Part shown: piece by piece, positions 31,524 to 32,000 of the stretch | Position numbering within the stretch: position 1 is the first letter of the stretch | How the letters are laid out: every line of letters starts with the position of its first letter | Assembly (NCBI RefSeq): GCF_000017945.1 | Contig: NC_009776.1 | Coordinates: 270,001-302,000 of the forward strand | Direction of reading: 5' to 3' | Length of the DNA stretch: 32,000 bases | Origin: Ignicoccus hospitalis KIN4/I | GTDB taxonomy: Archaea > Thermoproteota > Thermoprotei_A > Sulfolobales > Ignicoccaceae | The notes under the pieces: model-generated | Seen by the model: the letters and a program-made list of their open reading frames with translations, nothing else | Told to the model about the DNA's origin: nothing | The model's database searches: none | Made by a program: the position numbers and the translations under genes

Positions 31524-32000
31524 CACCCTTTCGTCCCTCCCGAAGAACAGGTTGCCCACCACGCTCACCTCGTCCGTGGGGAAGGACTCGTAAACCTCCG
31601 GCACGGGGACGCCGGCCCTCTTGATAATCAAGTAGGCCCCGGCGACGTCCACGTTCCTTATCTTGTTCCTAACGTCCACGAGCGCCAACAGCTTCCCCCT
31701 CGCGACGTTTACCATGTCGAGCGCTATGGCCCCTGGCACCCTTACCTTGGGCCTTCCCAAGAGCTTCCTCAGCTCTACTAAGTACTTGCTCTGCCTCTCG
31801 TCCTCGGGCTCGCCGTAGAATACCAACACCTTCTCCGGGGCCCCGGGAATAACCTCGCCCTCCCCGGAGTAGGCCTTGTCGGAGGCGGAGTAGCAAGGGT
31901 GCCCGAAGCCCGGGCAGACGGCCGAGGCCACCAAGGTTGAGAAGTCCTCCCCCTCGGCTATGGCCACGCTCACCGCCCAGTGGGGGGAGCCCACGGCGTA
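31431..32000 (-). CDS. Inositol monophosphatase / FBPase (SuhB) family protein; the N-terminus lies beyond the window edge
   Basis: HWAVSVAI, the GAIALDMVNVARGKL pattern and DVAGAYLIIKRAG correspond to the IMPase family motifs (G.aal.l..vA.G and D.aAg.li..eAG). The reading frame continues to the window end. Confidence 0.7.
   Translation of the reverse strand, partial: YAVGSPHWAVSVAIAEGEDFSTLVASAVCPGFGHPCYSASDKAYSGEGEVIPGAPEKVLVFYGEPEDERQSKYLVELRKLLGRPKVRVPGAIALDMVNVARGKLLALVDVRNKIRNVDVAGAYLIIKRAGVPVPEVYESFPTDEVSVVGNLFFGRDERVLSALLSSASKLGLWQGDPDNVQARAGRFLP

Overview
The window looks like a GC-rich chromosomal segment from a hyperthermophilic archaeon, crenarchaeal in style. That is inferred from the gene set, from a CRISPR repeat ending in GAAAG, and from frequent GTG/TTG starts with short or overlapping gene junctions; the species is not identified. 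Most of the window is tightly packed housekeeping genes: a ccmF-like heme lyase, an M20 peptidase, a thioredoxin/cytochrome c/CcdA fusion, a GHMP kinase, an HhH-GPD glycosylase, Trm5/Taw2, an aKMT-like methyltransferase, aIF2-gamma, hemB, pyrG, purE, endonuclease V, GGPP synthase, a HemN-like radical SAM enzyme, archaeal-type PEP carboxylase, Pus10 and an IMPase-family protein. The most notable region is a visibly AT-richer insert at about 12.6-19.7 kb. It carries a compact four-gene type III CRISPR-Cas module: csx1, a single Cmr4-like Cas7, cas10/cmr2 and cmr3. No Cas11/Cmr5, Cmr1, Cmr6, Cas6 or Cas1/Cas2 is encoded anywhere in the window. Downstream of the module come an oligo-T tract, tRNA-Gly(GCC), a decayed ORF, an AT-rich leader and a 6-repeat/5-spacer CRISPR array with heterogeneous repeats. 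Secondary points of interest are a radical SAM/SPASM enzyme translationally coupled to a small protein, a secreted-protein gene split by a -1 frame change at an A AAG GGG heptamer, tandem paralogous membrane proteins, and the unusual Trx-cytochrome c-CcdA fusion. All functional calls come from motif recognition by eye. No database search was run.
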